Counted from the stretch's first letter, positions 12,508-25,600 are shown. The stretch is DNA of 64,000 nucleotides from Lama glama (GCA_028534125.1 CM052817.1:68326001-68390000), one strand, 5' to 3'. Numbers and translations: made by a program. The notes: generated by a model not told the origin, from the sequence alone.

Positions 12508-13489
12508 AGAGTTAACTTTTTTATTCTAAAACATTTCAGTTTGGTCTTGTGGGCAACTTGGAAGATATTGTGAACTTTTTTTTTTTAAAACTTAATTCCA
12601 GGGTAAAGAAATGTTTACTTTGTGTGGTGTAAATATCATTTGAATGAAATGAAAATATATGTGTTCAATTAACTCTGGTATCTGGTATTCTGAAGTCAAA
12701 ATGTTTTATTCATCTTAGAGAAAAAAATAGCAAGAATAAGGTTTTAAAATTTCCATTGTTCACTGTATCTAAGCTCTTTTATAAACAAAGTTTTGATTTG
12801 GCAAATAATACAGCCTATATTTTCTTCAACTTTTGTTTTTCAACTCTGCATCTTGCTTAAATACTTTTTAGTTATATATATATTTTTAAGATGTTCTGGA
12901 ATTCGATTTGGAAGGGTGAAGGTGCATGCTGTATTTGTCAGTATCCGCAGTACTGTAACATGAAAGAATGTCCCAATCTATTTTCATTTTTTTCCTCCTG
13001 GATAATCCAATTTTACAACAGATTGATTGCTCAGCCTTCCCATGTCACTTTCCTATAAAATTTTAAAGGTTGCTACAGTCCCAGGTGAGGAAATTGTCTC
13101 TTTCTGGAAAGGGTGACACTCGAAGGTCAATTCATTAAACAGAGTGACTTATAAGACCTCCAGATAATGCCTTGGTGATATATTCCAAAATATTGAAGTT
13201 CAGAACTTAAATTGATCCTTTTTCTTTTTACTGGTAAGCCTGCTCTTGGAAATTTTACTTAGAGAAAAAGTGAAGTAAAATGCATTTGATAACTGAAGAA
13301 TTCACTTTTTTCCCCCTAAGATGTAATTGTTAGGGACGTCCCTCATTTCCCTGCTAGAAAGCACCTTGTTCTCATTTCCTTGAACTCTCACAAGTAAAAA
13401 AAAAAAAAAAAAAAAAAAGAGGAAGAAAATATAAAAGGACAAGCTGTCAGATTCTGAAATCACATTCAAAGTCATCTGTTTAAGAAATG

Positions 13490-13750
13490 GCAGATCACTT
13501 TGGAAATAAGACTGAACCTGAAGTTAGAAATCCTTGTTATGGAGTCCCACCTTCACCACCTACCAGCTGGGTATCTTTAAGCAAGTGCTAAGTTTGAGCA
13601 GCCTCTTCAGTGCAGTGCCCTCATTTGTAAAGTAAGGAACATGACATCCACCTGACAACCTGACAACCATGAGGTTAGATGATATGGCAAATGTGCAAGT
13701 GCTTAATAAATCACAAAGCATCATATAAACAGAAACTATTATCAATCATT
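13490..13750 (+). mobile_element. MIR SINE
   Basis: ctaccagctgggtatctttaagcaagtgc...cctcatttgtaaag...gcaagtgcttaataaa. Confidence 0.6.
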
Positions 13751-16327
13751 TTAGAAGCTTTAATGAAAGAAATATGAATTTTTGTAACTTAGGGCTTTTT
13801 AAATGTCATTAAAATATTTTACAGTGTGGTTAATAAGGTACATTTTTAAGGTCAAATATAATGTTTTTGTTCTGTTTTAAATAAGGTTTGGGTTTCTTTA
13901 GGACCGAAATCAAGCATTAGACATCTTTGTGTCCCTATCATTGTCTAGAATAGTTCTGTGTAAGTCAAGTTGGTTGGTTGATTTGTTGGTTGCATGATTA
14001 ATTGAAAATGATATTTATGAGATCATTTTCCCTCAATTTAGAGGAAATTTCTAGTTAATGATTATTGAATACTCTAACAATGTATATAACAAAACTATCA
14101 GAGTGAAAATGCCGTCACACTGTTACACTGTTCATGACTTCATAGACTGCACTGTGGGCAGGGCATGGGGGAAAGGAGGAAAAGGTATCAGATGATTAGT
14201 AACCACTGTTGCAAGAAGAATACTGTCACACTGAGGTCACCATGGCTAAGAGGATTAGTGATGCTAGCCTGCAACTGGCTTTAAAAAATGTAAATTGGAA
14301 GGACTGTTCTAAATTTTTAATATTCCCAAGAAATCATCTTCAAAATTTGAAACAAGTTTGCCCTAACCTAAAGTGTAAACTTGATGTCGCTGCTTAGTTT
14401 TGTTCCTCCTCTTAGGAGTTTCTTTAGGAATTTTGTTCCTGCTTTTCTTTGAGCTTTTGATATAGCTTTAAATGGCAGCTTTCTTAGTCCCTCATAAAAG
14501 TTTTCAGAACCTTTTCTATCCTCCACCTAAAACACTTCTTCATAGTTGACTTCTTTTACTATATCAACACAGTGTATTTTCAAATACAGTTGAACTTGTT
14601 TTCATACTTAGTACCTGCAAAAGTTAACATACTGCCTTGAAATGCAGTTTAAGCCATAATTGCAGAGAAAATTCAATAATTAAACTTTTATTGAGCACCT
14701 GTTATGTGCCTATCAGTCTTCTACTAATCTTTCCATTTAATTGGGCCCATTTATGTAGTTCCAGGAAAAATCATCTGTTATCTATTTCATGGAGACAGAA
14801 GCAATTTCAGCTAATGGTTCTTTTTGGGTAGTTGATCTAATGAATAATGCCCAGGAATCATTTATAATAAGAAAACTTTTTCAATATTTAATAGGGCTAT
14901 AAAAGATTACTTCTTTGGGGTAGCAACAGAGTTTGAAAAGTAACTTTTTTCTATTTTGTATTTAAAAAAAAACTGATTACAAAAGTAATACATGTAAATG
15001 TAGCCAGGAGTGAGGAGTAGGCTTCAGGCAAAGAGAATAAATTTATAAAGCAACTGACTAACCAGCTGTGATAACTTCAAGGAACTATCCAATGTTCAGA
15101 GAGTTGAATGCTCCACATAATTTTATGAATAATCCTATCTAGTTTGAGGATATACTCTATCCATAATAAAAATAATGCAGGCTAGCAGTATAAAAAAAAT
15201 CTTCAGTATGAAATAATATAAAAATAACAGAGCTGTCTATTCAAATAGAACTTGTCTCTAAGGAGCTCTAACATATTAAGTATGAAAACAAGGCCATGTT
15301 TTCCCTACAGCAGAGAGAGGCAAGATAACAAGCAATGCCCTTTCTCTGGCCCTGCCTGTATTTTCAGGTCTATCTTATGTTTTACTACTTCCCCACTGAT
15401 CCTCATTTTCAAGCACAAGTGAGCAAATTGCAGTTTCCCCGCTAAGTATGCCATTTCATTTTTGGCGTGCTTTCCCCACCCATTCTACCTGGCAGTTTTC
15501 TGTTCCTTCTTAAAGACTTAGCTGAAATGCCCTACGTCTCTGTAAAATCCTCTGTGATGTCTCAAACAATTAGTTCTTTATCTGCATTGTACATACCTTT
15601 GCACATAATAAAAACCTATACTGTCTTCTTAGATACCCTCTCCGTTGCTGAAGGACAATCTTACTTTGAGTTGTGCCCTCAGCATCTAGACAAGAACCAG
15701 GCATACAGTAGGTGCCCTAGTGACTGTTCCAGCCATGAAAACCATAGCGCCCCTGTGAAACTTGGGCTTCACCGTCCATTGACCTGTAAAACATAAGTGA
15801 CTATTCATCAGCTTGTCTTAATGTTAACGAAACCTCTTGAAAACATTAAAATGTGTGGTTGTCACCTTCCTTCTCACCTGCCAAAGGTCCTGTCAGTGCC
15901 ACCTGTCCATTCAATTGTCTTGTGCCTTTTCTACAGCCTCTCTACTACATCCATCTCTATTGAAGACATTTACTCTTGTTTTCTTGATTTTATAGCTTTC
16001 CAAACAAAACATACTTTCAAGATCTCTAAACCACTAGTTTTAGCTTTTTTCTTTGTCTCCATATTTAATTATATTTTTAAAAAATTCACAGAATGTGGTT
16101 GGTGTGCTACATTGCAAAGAAGTACTCAGAAAACGAAACAACTTAATCTTTTTAAGAAGTCTCATGTGTATCCAAGAGCCCAACCATTTTTCTTTTACCA
16201 GTAACATTCACTGTACTTTGTTACTTCAAATCAAGAAAGAAAAAATCAATATTTGTGCCTGATCTGGAGCACAATTTACTAGATTGAGCAGGCATCCAGG
16301 CTGCCCATGTGCACATTTTCCATCTTT

Positions 16328-16367
16328 CTTTCCTTCTTCCCTTCCTTCCTTCCTTCCTTCCTTCCTT
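16328..16367. repeat. (TTCC)n microsatellite running into an assembly gap
   Basis: Direct reading. Confidence 0.9.
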
Positions 16368-16467
16368 NNNNNNNNNNNNNNNNNNNNNNNNNNNNNNNNN
16401 NNNNNNNNNNNNNNNNNNNNNNNNNNNNNNNNNNNNNNNNNNNNNNNNNNNNNNNNNNNNNNNNNNN
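16368..16467. other. Assembly gap (100 N, true length unknown)
   Basis: Run of exactly 100 N. Confidence 0.99.
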
Positions 16468-17279
16468 AGGAAAAGACTCCTTTATAGGAGAATTACATGA
16501 CAGGACAAATAAGATCATTTGTATTAAAACATTTGATTCTTGGGTCTTGTTTTTCCATGATGACACCTAAAGAACCATCCTTTTTAGTCAAGTTAAACAT
16601 ATATTATACTTTTATACTTTTAAATGGTGTCTTAGGCACAAGAATATTGGATATAAATAGAAAGTAGGATTTGGTTTTTAAATGAGTATCACATCTCAAA
16701 ATACTGCTTTCTTACCTTGTTCAGTGTGTGTAAGATCCAATTCATGTTTCCAGGAGCTTCATAATATTTCTAAACTAGAACAGGAGGTGGGGATGGTTTG
16801 TTAGGTGCAGTTTTCCCATAAAGCATCTGGGCATCATTCTACTGTATTTTTAGCCCAATCTGTGAATATTATGGTCAGCTTAAGAGTTTCATCTCTATTT
16901 AAACACAACCCTGAAAAGTACTTCTTTGCCTTCAACCTTTATTTAAGCACAAATTCTTTTTTTTTTTTTCAGGACATCGTTGAACCTTTGTTTTCACTGT
17001 TTCTATATGTAGCCCACATGCTGAATATAATAATGGGCCAATGGGTTTTTTATTCAGTTTTTTTCATAACTACAGATGAATAAAAATTATTATACTCTTT
17101 TTCCTCCCTGAGCCCTAAGTTCTGGACAGTACTCTGTGTTGTTGCATCCAGAATTACTATCTATACTCCTCTTGCACCTCTGACAGTCCTTCTCCCTGAA
17201 TTACATCCTGTGCAAAGATCTTAAATGAGGGTGTGTTTGCTAGTTAACTCACTTATGGTGTATCTGAAAAGATCTGTAT

Positions 17280-17475
17280 TATCTCCTCTTCTTAAATTGT
17301 GTTTTTTTCCTCTGTACAGTATCCTTCAATGTAATTTTGTCTATTATGCCTTTTTTTTTTTTTTTGGCTTCTGTTGCTGTTGTTGGGAAGTCTGTTAACA
17401 GCCTGTTTTGTTCCTTTATAAGTGACTGTTTTTCTCTCTGATTCTTTGGAGAACTTTTTTGGTGTGCTTAATGGC
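17280..17475 (-). mobile_element. L1 ORF1 C-terminal remnant
   Basis: The minus ORF KESERKTVTYKGTKQ resembles L1 ORF1 AREK.QVTYKG. Confidence 0.55.
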
Positions 17476-17479
17476 ACTG

Positions 17480-17985
17480 TGAACCTGCCTCCTTGGTGCC
17501 TTGATTTCAGACTTTAGCATCCAGAACTGTGGGGGAATAAATTCTGTTGTTTTAAGTTGTCAAGTTTGTGCCATTTGGTTATAGTAGACCTAGGAAAGTA
17601 ATACACCCCACCTGGCAATGAACCTTGACTCGTTGAGGTGCTGGCTGAGAGCAAAGGGGTATGGGACGTCCCCTTGATGGCAGTGAAAAAGGCAGTTAAA
17701 TACCAGCTGTAATCATGTGACTGCTGCAGAGATGGGGATTGTAATAATTACAGGTATCTCCTCCTTATTTTGTTATAAATATGTGTATATGTTAAGCAAA
17801 TTTTTTTATTATTTTATTCCCTTATCAGTTTACATAAGATGTATTAATAATAGTTAACTTTGTATCATGGTCTTTAAGTTGCAGGGTATCAAAGGAGAAG
17901 GGTAAAAACCACCTAAGAACTTTGTTCCTCTTCTGAGTTAACATGTTTTTAGTTGTATGCAGGATAATTGTATCACATTAGCAGA
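17480..17985 (+). mobile_element. MLT1 LTR 3' part followed by an ERVL internal 3' fragment
   Basis: ccagaactgtgggggaataaattctgttgttttaag...aggaaagtaataca is an MLT1 end. gaggtgctggctgagagcaaagggg...aaataccagctgtaatcatgtgac is ERVL-int-like. Confidence 0.6.
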
Positions 17986-20118
17986 AGTGAAGCACAAATT
18001 CTTTATATGCAAAGATGCAGGCGTGGCAAGAAAAACAGATCTTCAACATTTGCTTTTGAAACAGACCTATGAAAGTTAGTTAATTGTAGATATCTAGTAG
18101 AAATATGGTACAGATAGTCCATTAAATAAATTTTATTTTCATATCTCCTTGTTCTTAACAAAAGATAATTCCTTTTGACTTTTGTTTTTTAATGAAAATG
18201 TTTCGGTTAAGAATTGCTAAGAAATCCACGGACAGAACAAAGACAATAATGCTGGTGCCCATTTCTTGCCTCTTGGTGGCTCCATTTAGTAGCAGCATCT
18301 GTGACACTAGCTCTCCCAAGCGCCTGAAAGTGCTTTTTCCATTTTTGCCTTCTGAACCCTGCCCCCTCCTCCTCTTTCTTGTTCTTCTTCCTCCAAATCA
18401 AAACTGCATTGCCATTAAAAAATAATAATACTGAGGTGGATTTATGACTGGAGGGATAGAGGTATGGATAGATGGAAGTATGATAAGCCAAGTCTAGTAA
18501 GTTGTTAATGGTAGAATCTTGGTGGAGGATATAGAGTCATGCACTGAATCTTAATTCTTTCAGCTTTGCCATGTGTTTGAAAATTGTCATAATAAAATCT
18601 CTTAGTAGTGGTTATCCACAGAGGATGGGATGACAGAAGCTTTCACCAAATCTGTGTTTAAATTTTTTGCAATTATATAATTAAAGAAAAATGAAAATTA
18701 TTCTTTTTAAAGCTACATGAAACTGTCTTCACCAATGACATCACCAAACTATTGATTGAATTACTTTTCATGTTTGAAATTTACATTAGGCCATGCTAAA
18801 TAATTAAGAATATTTACAATGATTCAGCTGTCTGAAGATGACCATATTATTACAGTAAGAAATTGGTTAAATAGGCTGGATATAGATAGTTAATAAAATA
18901 CTGTGCAGCCATTAAAACTTAGAGAAACAAATACATTGACATGGAAAAATTTATAATATGTTTCCTATGCTGTCTAGAAAATTATGCACTTACATGTATG
19001 ACTGGAAGTACATAGATACAAAAATATTACCTCTGAATTATGAGATGATGAAGTTTTTCTCTCATAAGGATCTTTTTAAATCCATATTTTCTATTTTTTC
19101 CTTAGAGTTTCCGAATGTTTTTATTTTAGTAGCATAAGAAAGAAGAAAAACAGAAAAGACAAAAGCCATGCTATTTTCCGGTGACAGTGGAGCAGGGAAA
19201 CTTTGGTATCTGTAAATAACTTTTGATCAAGCCAAAAAGCTGATATGTGTTTTTCCTTTTATCTGTATCACTGAAAGCTACTCTCTTACATTTTCTTAAT
19301 CTTGTTCTTAGAAACAGTGCATTTGAAATATGTAAAAAACAAATAATTTTATTCATTCTTCCAAAACTATTGTAGTGGACTTGACTGGTAGCTTTTGAAA
19401 AGAAAGTTAAGATGTTTTCATGCTGCTAGGCCCAAGGCATTTTGTACTTGGAAGTCTCCTGTCTTTAATCTCTAATTGCATTAAATTTCTGAGTCTGACT
19501 CATGAGGAAAGGAAGCTTCAAAGCAGAAATAAGAAAATCTAATTTATTTCTAAGTATAATAAACATGGATATATTTCAGACAGTATGATACCTATGTTCC
19601 AAGTGTCCTAACCAGAAAAATTAAGAGTTCAAGGAAGTGCCAGTTAAATAATAAAAATGGTTTTCTTATCATGGATCCCTATTCTCCAAGGAGATTTAAG
19701 CAATGGGCTGAAATTAGGTAATCTTTACACTGTGTCTCTGAGAGGGTTAGAAGGAAGGGACTATTACTATTAATTTTTATCCACCAGTAACATTTATTAA
19801 CACTTACTTTGTTTATGACCCTGAAGTTAACGTTTCACTTATTGTTTCCTCTCTTTCAAAGACAATTTTTTCGTAGATTTTTCTGTCAATGGCTGTGGAA
19901 AGAAAAGTTGGCCAGGAATTAAAGTAAAAATAAATAAAAACAAAGTTCGTCTCTGGGTTCCGGCTCTCTGGTCTCCTCACAGTGGATTATATGGAATGTG
20001 TGATTCACTTACATATGTACCCCTCTTCCTGTGTGCTGCTAGTCCACTCTGTGCTACAAGTGCCTTCAAGTCCCTCACAAGACATGACGTTCATTGTCTG
20101 CATCTCTTGTCTCCCCAG

Positions 20119-20234
20119 GTAAAATGTCCAGTGATCGAGCTTTGCGGAAGCAGCAACAGCTAAACAACCTCATCTATGTGGTGACAAATCAGGCCAGACC
20201 TGGTGACAGAATTGTGGATTTCTGCAGCGGTGGG
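20119..20234 (+). CDS. GSTCD: GSTCD internal coding exon (116 bp, phase 1 in, phase 0 out): (G)KMSSDRALRKQQQLNNLIYVVTNQARPGDRIVDFCSGG
   Basis: Acceptor ctcttgtctccccag|GT and donor GGG|gtatta. The translation matches recalled mammalian GSTCD and contains the start of SAM-binding motif I (IVDFCSGG). Confidence 0.95.
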
Positions 20235-20394
20235 GTATTATAGCTCTCCTTTATACTTTTTAGCCTTTCCCAGACTACGTGCTTTGACTACACTACCTTC
20301 ACAGTCATGTTTTTATTTGGCTAGATTGTTGTCTCAGAATCAACAAAAGCCTCAGAGACCAAAGTTACCTTGTTTCTTTTTTTACCTTTTTCAG

Positions 20395-20439
20395 GGCCAT
20401 GTTGGGATTGTTCTTGCTTACATGCTGCCATCATGCCAG
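20395..20439 (+). CDS. GSTCD: GSTCD coding exon (45 bp): GHVGIVLAYMLPSCQ
   Basis: Acceptor tttttttacctttttcag|GGC and donor CAG|gtaaat. In frame with both neighbours and completes the motif DFCSGGGHVG. Confidence 0.95.
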
Positions 20440-21813
20440 GTAAATTCCGAGTAACATATGGAGGGAAACATTGGAAAACGACATAGTTCAGTTAGCTGCG
20501 TCTGGCTTATCCCTCCTCTTCGAGTTTGTAATCATTCACCCAGGTCAAATACATGGCATAGCCATTTCCTTTTTCCTCCGAACTAAACTTCTAAGATTCA
20601 GAATCTTAGGGGAAAAAAGTAGTTAGGACCACAATACAGTTTTTCATATTTTTAAATAATTTTAAAAAGAAATAATTATTCCACTGTTAAATAAAGTAAT
20701 TAGTGAGGAAACAAGTTTAATTGTCAACATAGTTTTATACAGGAAATACCAGCTTCAGAAACTTGTTTAACCCATTCTTTGGGAGCTTGATTTTCATCCA
20801 TTGTATCAGACTTGTAACAACAACAAAATTTTTTTAAAGAAAAAGATAAACCCCAAATCTGCCACCCTGATCAGGTCCTTTTCTCCCCCTGTTCTCATTA
20901 AGCCATCATTCATGAGGATGCCTAGTGCTGCAAATTCTAAAAATGCAAATACATTTTCAGTCACTTGCTTTCACTCAATATTATATTACAAATATTTTCC
21001 CTGTTGAACATAGTTTTAAATAGCCTCATTAAAATATCACTAAAATATGATTTCATAATATTTTTAAGTAAATGTAGCATAATTTATACAATCTTTACCA
21101 ACATTTGTTAGAAGTTTGTGCTGGTTTTAGTCTTCTGTCATATTTAATCATTTCCTCACAGTGACTGTCTTTCAGAATAAAAGTCCAGAATTTGATGTCA
21201 TTTTTTTCAGAATACAAGCTGAACTGGGGCAGATTCTTTGCTTGCAAGCTCTCTGAAAGTTACAAAATAATTACAGTGATTATTCTCAGAAGAAAAAAAT
21301 GTGGAAGAACTCATAGACTGGCCAGAATGACATGTAACAGAATGGTGGAAAATGGGCAGATATTATTCTTTATCTTTCTTAGAAAATAAATAGCAAAATA
21401 AAGAATACTAGGAGAAACAGGCAGATGTCTGTTTTATCACTAAGGAAAACAACAACTTCATGTTGGAGTAAGAGGAAGAAAGCTCACAGAGCGGAATCCG
21501 GGAGATGTAGAGGCAGGGATATGGTGTCTTTTTTTTCCTTTCCTAACTAATGGTTCTGGGAACTTAGAGATGTTTACTGGAAAAGGGAAGTTTTAGCTAG
21601 AATAAAGGCTGGAAAACCTTTGACACCAAATATACCCCCAGTTTTTTATACAAAGGGATCCAGGGCTTTTCCATAAGGATAAGCATAAGGACAAAATAAG
21701 GACTGAACCAGGAAAGATAGAGATGAAAAGTGATTTAATTCTGCCCACCATTCTCCATCCTAACCAGTGATGGTCTCCCCCTGCCTTGGCCTGGATGACT
21801 ATTAGAAATTCTT

Positions 21814-21931
21814 GGGGAGAGGGCATGTGCTTAGCATGCACAAGGTCCTGGGTTCAATCCCCCATACCTCCATAATTAATTAATTTTAAAAATTTAATTA
21901 CCTTCCCCCTAAAAAAATTAAAAAAAAAAAA
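21814..21931 (+). mobile_element. Camelid SINE (Vic-1-like) with the A-box region deleted
   Basis: ggggagaggg joins directly to catgtgcttagcatgcacaaggtcctgggttcaatcccc, followed by poly(A). TSD agaaattc(t/c)t. Confidence 0.85.
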
Positions 21932-21939
21932 AGAAATTC

Positions 21940-22460
21940 CTAACTGCTTGCCCCACCTTCTGCCTCACCCCCACCAATCCATACTGTACACTGCAGCAGC
22001 TTAACCTTCTTATATCACCCATGATCTGGATCCTGGTACCTCTCCAGCCTCATTTCTGCCCTCCACACCCTGTCTCTCCATCCCCACCATCACCATCACA
22101 CCAGATACACCAATTTATCCGTTCTTAAAACACACCAGATCTTTCTCACCTTGGGCCTTCGTGCATGTTTCTCTCTCTGCCTAAAGCACTAATTCATTCG
22201 CTAGGCTACTTTCTATTCATTTTTCAGGCCTCAGTTAAATGTTACTCTTTCACAGTAAATGACTAAAGCCTCCCTTAGTCATCAAGGCTGAGTTCTCTGA
22301 TAACACATTATATGTCTTTCATTAAACATTTATCACTCCCTGTATTATGATTGCCTGTTTCACTTATATCACTACATCAGTAAGCGTTAGTGTTCAAGGG
22401 CCTTGTTCATTTTTGTACCATATTGTCTGGCATACTTCCTGACACAGGATAAGGATCAAT
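21940..22460 (+). mobile_element. L2 3' fragment, continuing upstream of the SINE
   Basis: tggccttcgtgcatgttt...aggcctcagttaaatgttactc...tgtctggcatac. Confidence 0.55.
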
Positions 22461-22566
22461 ATAATATCATCTATGTTATTAAAGCTATTAAATACAGTCA
22501 TAATACTTTGCCATAATGTCTGAATTATGTTACTAAATATGCCATTATTTCCTGGGTGAAATCTAG

Positions 22567-22695
22567 GTTACGTTAATAGAAAACAAGGAATTATCATTAA
22601 TTCGTGCTAAGAAGAGAAGTGACGAACTAGGTTTAAGCAACATTTGGTTCATTCAAGCAAATATGGAGTATTTTACAGGGATGTTTAATATTGGG
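22567..22695 (+). CDS. GSTCD: GSTCD coding exon (129 bp): VTLIENKELSLIRAKKRSDELGLSNIWFIQANMEYFTGMFNIG
   Basis: Acceptor gaaatctag|GTT (pyrimidine-poor) and strong donor GGG|gtaagt. Open frame matching recalled GSTCD. Confidence 0.93.
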
Positions 22696-25364
22696 GTAAG
22701 TAATCAAGCAATTTCAATTTCCTTAATTACTAAATAAGAAAAATGATATGCCTTAGAGTAAATAAAGGAGGTAAATCTATATTTTTGCTAAACAACGAAT
22801 TTATAACTTTTGTTTTCTACTGTCTATAAAGTATAGCATATTAATGAATATTACTGTATTCATAGCACTTCATCATTACATGGTAAGGACAATATTTGTT
22901 CCTCTACCAGATAAGAACCTGATTTTCTTCACTGCAGAATCCCCAGTGCCCAAAACAATGTTTGACACATAGCAGGCACTTAAAAATAGTTATTAATTGA
23001 ATGATTTATTGAGTGAATTCTAATGAAGATGACTTCCCTTGGTTTATTCCATATTTTTAGAAGATAATGAAAGAAAAGAAAAAGAGACTATAATAGAAAA
23101 AAACAACTTGTTAATAACCTGTAAAAACTAGAGTTGCTTTTAGATAATACTTTCTTTAGCAAGAATTTGAGATCTACATGTATTTTTTGCTTCTAGTTGC
23201 TAAATATATATTATATGTAAATATAATATATTCCAGTATATTGGTGATGTTTCTGAAACCTTCAGATTAAATCGTTATTGTTTGATATTACTAAAAAGAC
23301 CAAAGATAATGTGATTCTGTCAGCTCATTTAAACCCAGAGTTATATGCTGTGGTGGAACTTTAGCATTGCTGCTGTTCTTGTATTTGTTTCAAATGATTT
23401 TTATAAGACTTATTTCTATAAGACTAAATGCTCAAAATAGAAAAATACATAATAACATAAAAAAGAATCACTAGTATTTCTGCTAGTGAGAGATAAATAC
23501 TGTTAAAACCCTTTGGTCTTTATATATTTATACACACAAACAAATGCATATTTACATATGTTAACATTGTTGAGATCATACTGCATCAATCCTGTTTTAC
23601 CTGAAATTGTCATACTTTCCCTATTCATTGATCATATTTCTTTTTTGTTGTTGTTAGTATATTGTAATTATTACTATTATGTATATCTTATGCATCATTT
23701 AAGACTTTTGGTAACTTTGCCTAATCACTTTCCAGGAAGCTGGTGCTAATTTGCATTCCCAACTGTGTATGTTCATGTAACTTACACAATAGGCTTGTAT
23801 AGGTGGAATTCTTGTCCAGTTTCAGAAGCTCAGACCTTTTGTCCAATGAAGTTCATTTCTTAAATATCAACAACTGCAAATTTGTGGAGTTTGTTGTCAT
23901 TTTTATGGCCTAAACATATACAATTTATTTCTTTTGTAGACATGATCTAGATTGATTATCTCAAGCCAAGCTTATAGAAAGAGAAGTAAACTATTAAGAA
24001 AACTGTTAATTAGGATATTCAGGAAAATACAGACATCTGATATAGCAAATTCAAATTAAATATATGTTTATTTGCAGCCTACAGTTTACAGAAACGCCAA
24101 GGTTAAGGATAAATCTTCTCCCACAAAATGAGCCATTAAACGGATGCCCATGTTACCAATACACCAGGCAGAATGTAATAGTGCTGCCTGTTTACCCACC
24201 TCTCAGATCACAAAATTCCCAACCCGTCAGCCATGCATCTCTTTACCTGCCTGTGACTTAAAGGTGCTAAATCATTCTGGCATATTCTTGTACCTTTCAA
24301 GGTCATATAATTCACTAACTCCAGCTAACAATGTATATGTCTTTTGGGAAGTAATATTTCCTCTTATATTTCATAATAATATATCCATAATGGTTTTTTT
24401 CTTTCATAATTACCTTTGTCAAGATATATGGAAAATGAATTAAAATTACTTGAAGAATTAAACTGAAATGAGGTTTACTCTCAAGAGTATAATTTGCCTA
24501 GGAGGATAATTGAAGTTTTGTCACTAGATAAATCAAACTAAATGCACCAGTGACTCGATAACTCTTGTATTAAATAGATTCCAGTGAAAATACTGTAGCT
24601 AGAGTGCAAATCAGAATAACCAGGTATTGGAAATGCATTAAAACTCCATAAATTCACATTTTTGTGGTATTTCAAGTAAGGGTTTAGCTAGCATTTATCT
24701 TTGCTTATTAGTAAATGCCTTTTTCTTTCACTATTTTTCTTTAGATATAAAAATTAATGATGTAAACAAGATTTTAAGGGGGGAATTTTAAAGTTTTGAA
24801 CCAACTATCTTTAGGAACTTTAAACAAACCAATTCCATATAAGAATTGAAATACTAATTATTGGTCTTATCTCTGTTAGTACAACGTATCAGGCAAAAAT
24901 GAATAGATTTACTGACTTTTGTTAAACTAGTTTGATTTGAAATAATGGGAGAGAACAAATCTAATTATTTTCAGATTTTTCAGCAAGGTCTTCCATTACC
25001 CCCACAGGCTATGCTTTCCCCATATAACCAGAATCAATTAGGTAATACTGGGTTCCAAAGAGTTATTTTGTAGTTTCTGATTTACACTGTGCTTATTTGA
25101 GAAATACATTTCTTTAGAAATACAGATGTCTAATAAGCTTATAAAAACATTCAAAGTCTGTAGTAACCAAAAGCATTTCAACTTGAACAATAATGATATT
25201 CCATTCTTGCTCTTAATATTTGCAAAGATTTTTAAAATATTATTACTCATTGATTGCAAGACTTCAGTAGGGTGAGGGGGTTAATCATACAGGAGCTTTG
25301 AAATTTTTCATTTACATGATATTTGTAATGATTTATTAATAACATGAAATGTTATGGTAAACAG

Positions 25365-25600
25365 AGAAAATAATTAAACATAATGGTTAAGAGTATGGAT
25401 TTTAACATTGAGTTTAATTTGTGCTAAAGAAAGCCTTAGCTTAGCCATTTACTAGTTGTATGACCTTGGGCAACTTATTTAAACTCATTGATCCTCGGTC
25501 TTCTCATCTATGAAATAGGTGTAAAATATCTGGCTCTTAGGATGTTGATACAATGTATGTGAAGCACTTAGCAGATTTCCTAGCATTTAGGAAGTACCAT
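25365..25600 (+). mobile_element. MIR SINE
   Basis: taatggttaagagtatgga...ttactagttgtatgaccttgggcaacttattt...ctcatctatgaaatagg. Confidence 0.75.

Noticed and set aside
15467..16204. Back-to-back 109-aa and 135-aa ORFs
   Set aside because: Non-ATG starts, overlap with decayed L2/L1-like sequence, and no recognisable domain or exon structure.
16279..16570. Four ORFs spanning the N run
   Set aside because: Artefacts of the assembly gap and the TTCC microsatellite.
20203..20454. 83-aa ORF reading through the 160-bp intron into the GHVGIV exon, suggesting a retained-intron isoform
   Set aside because: The ORF is out of frame with the upstream exon. In the true frame, retention hits GTA TTA TAG immediately.
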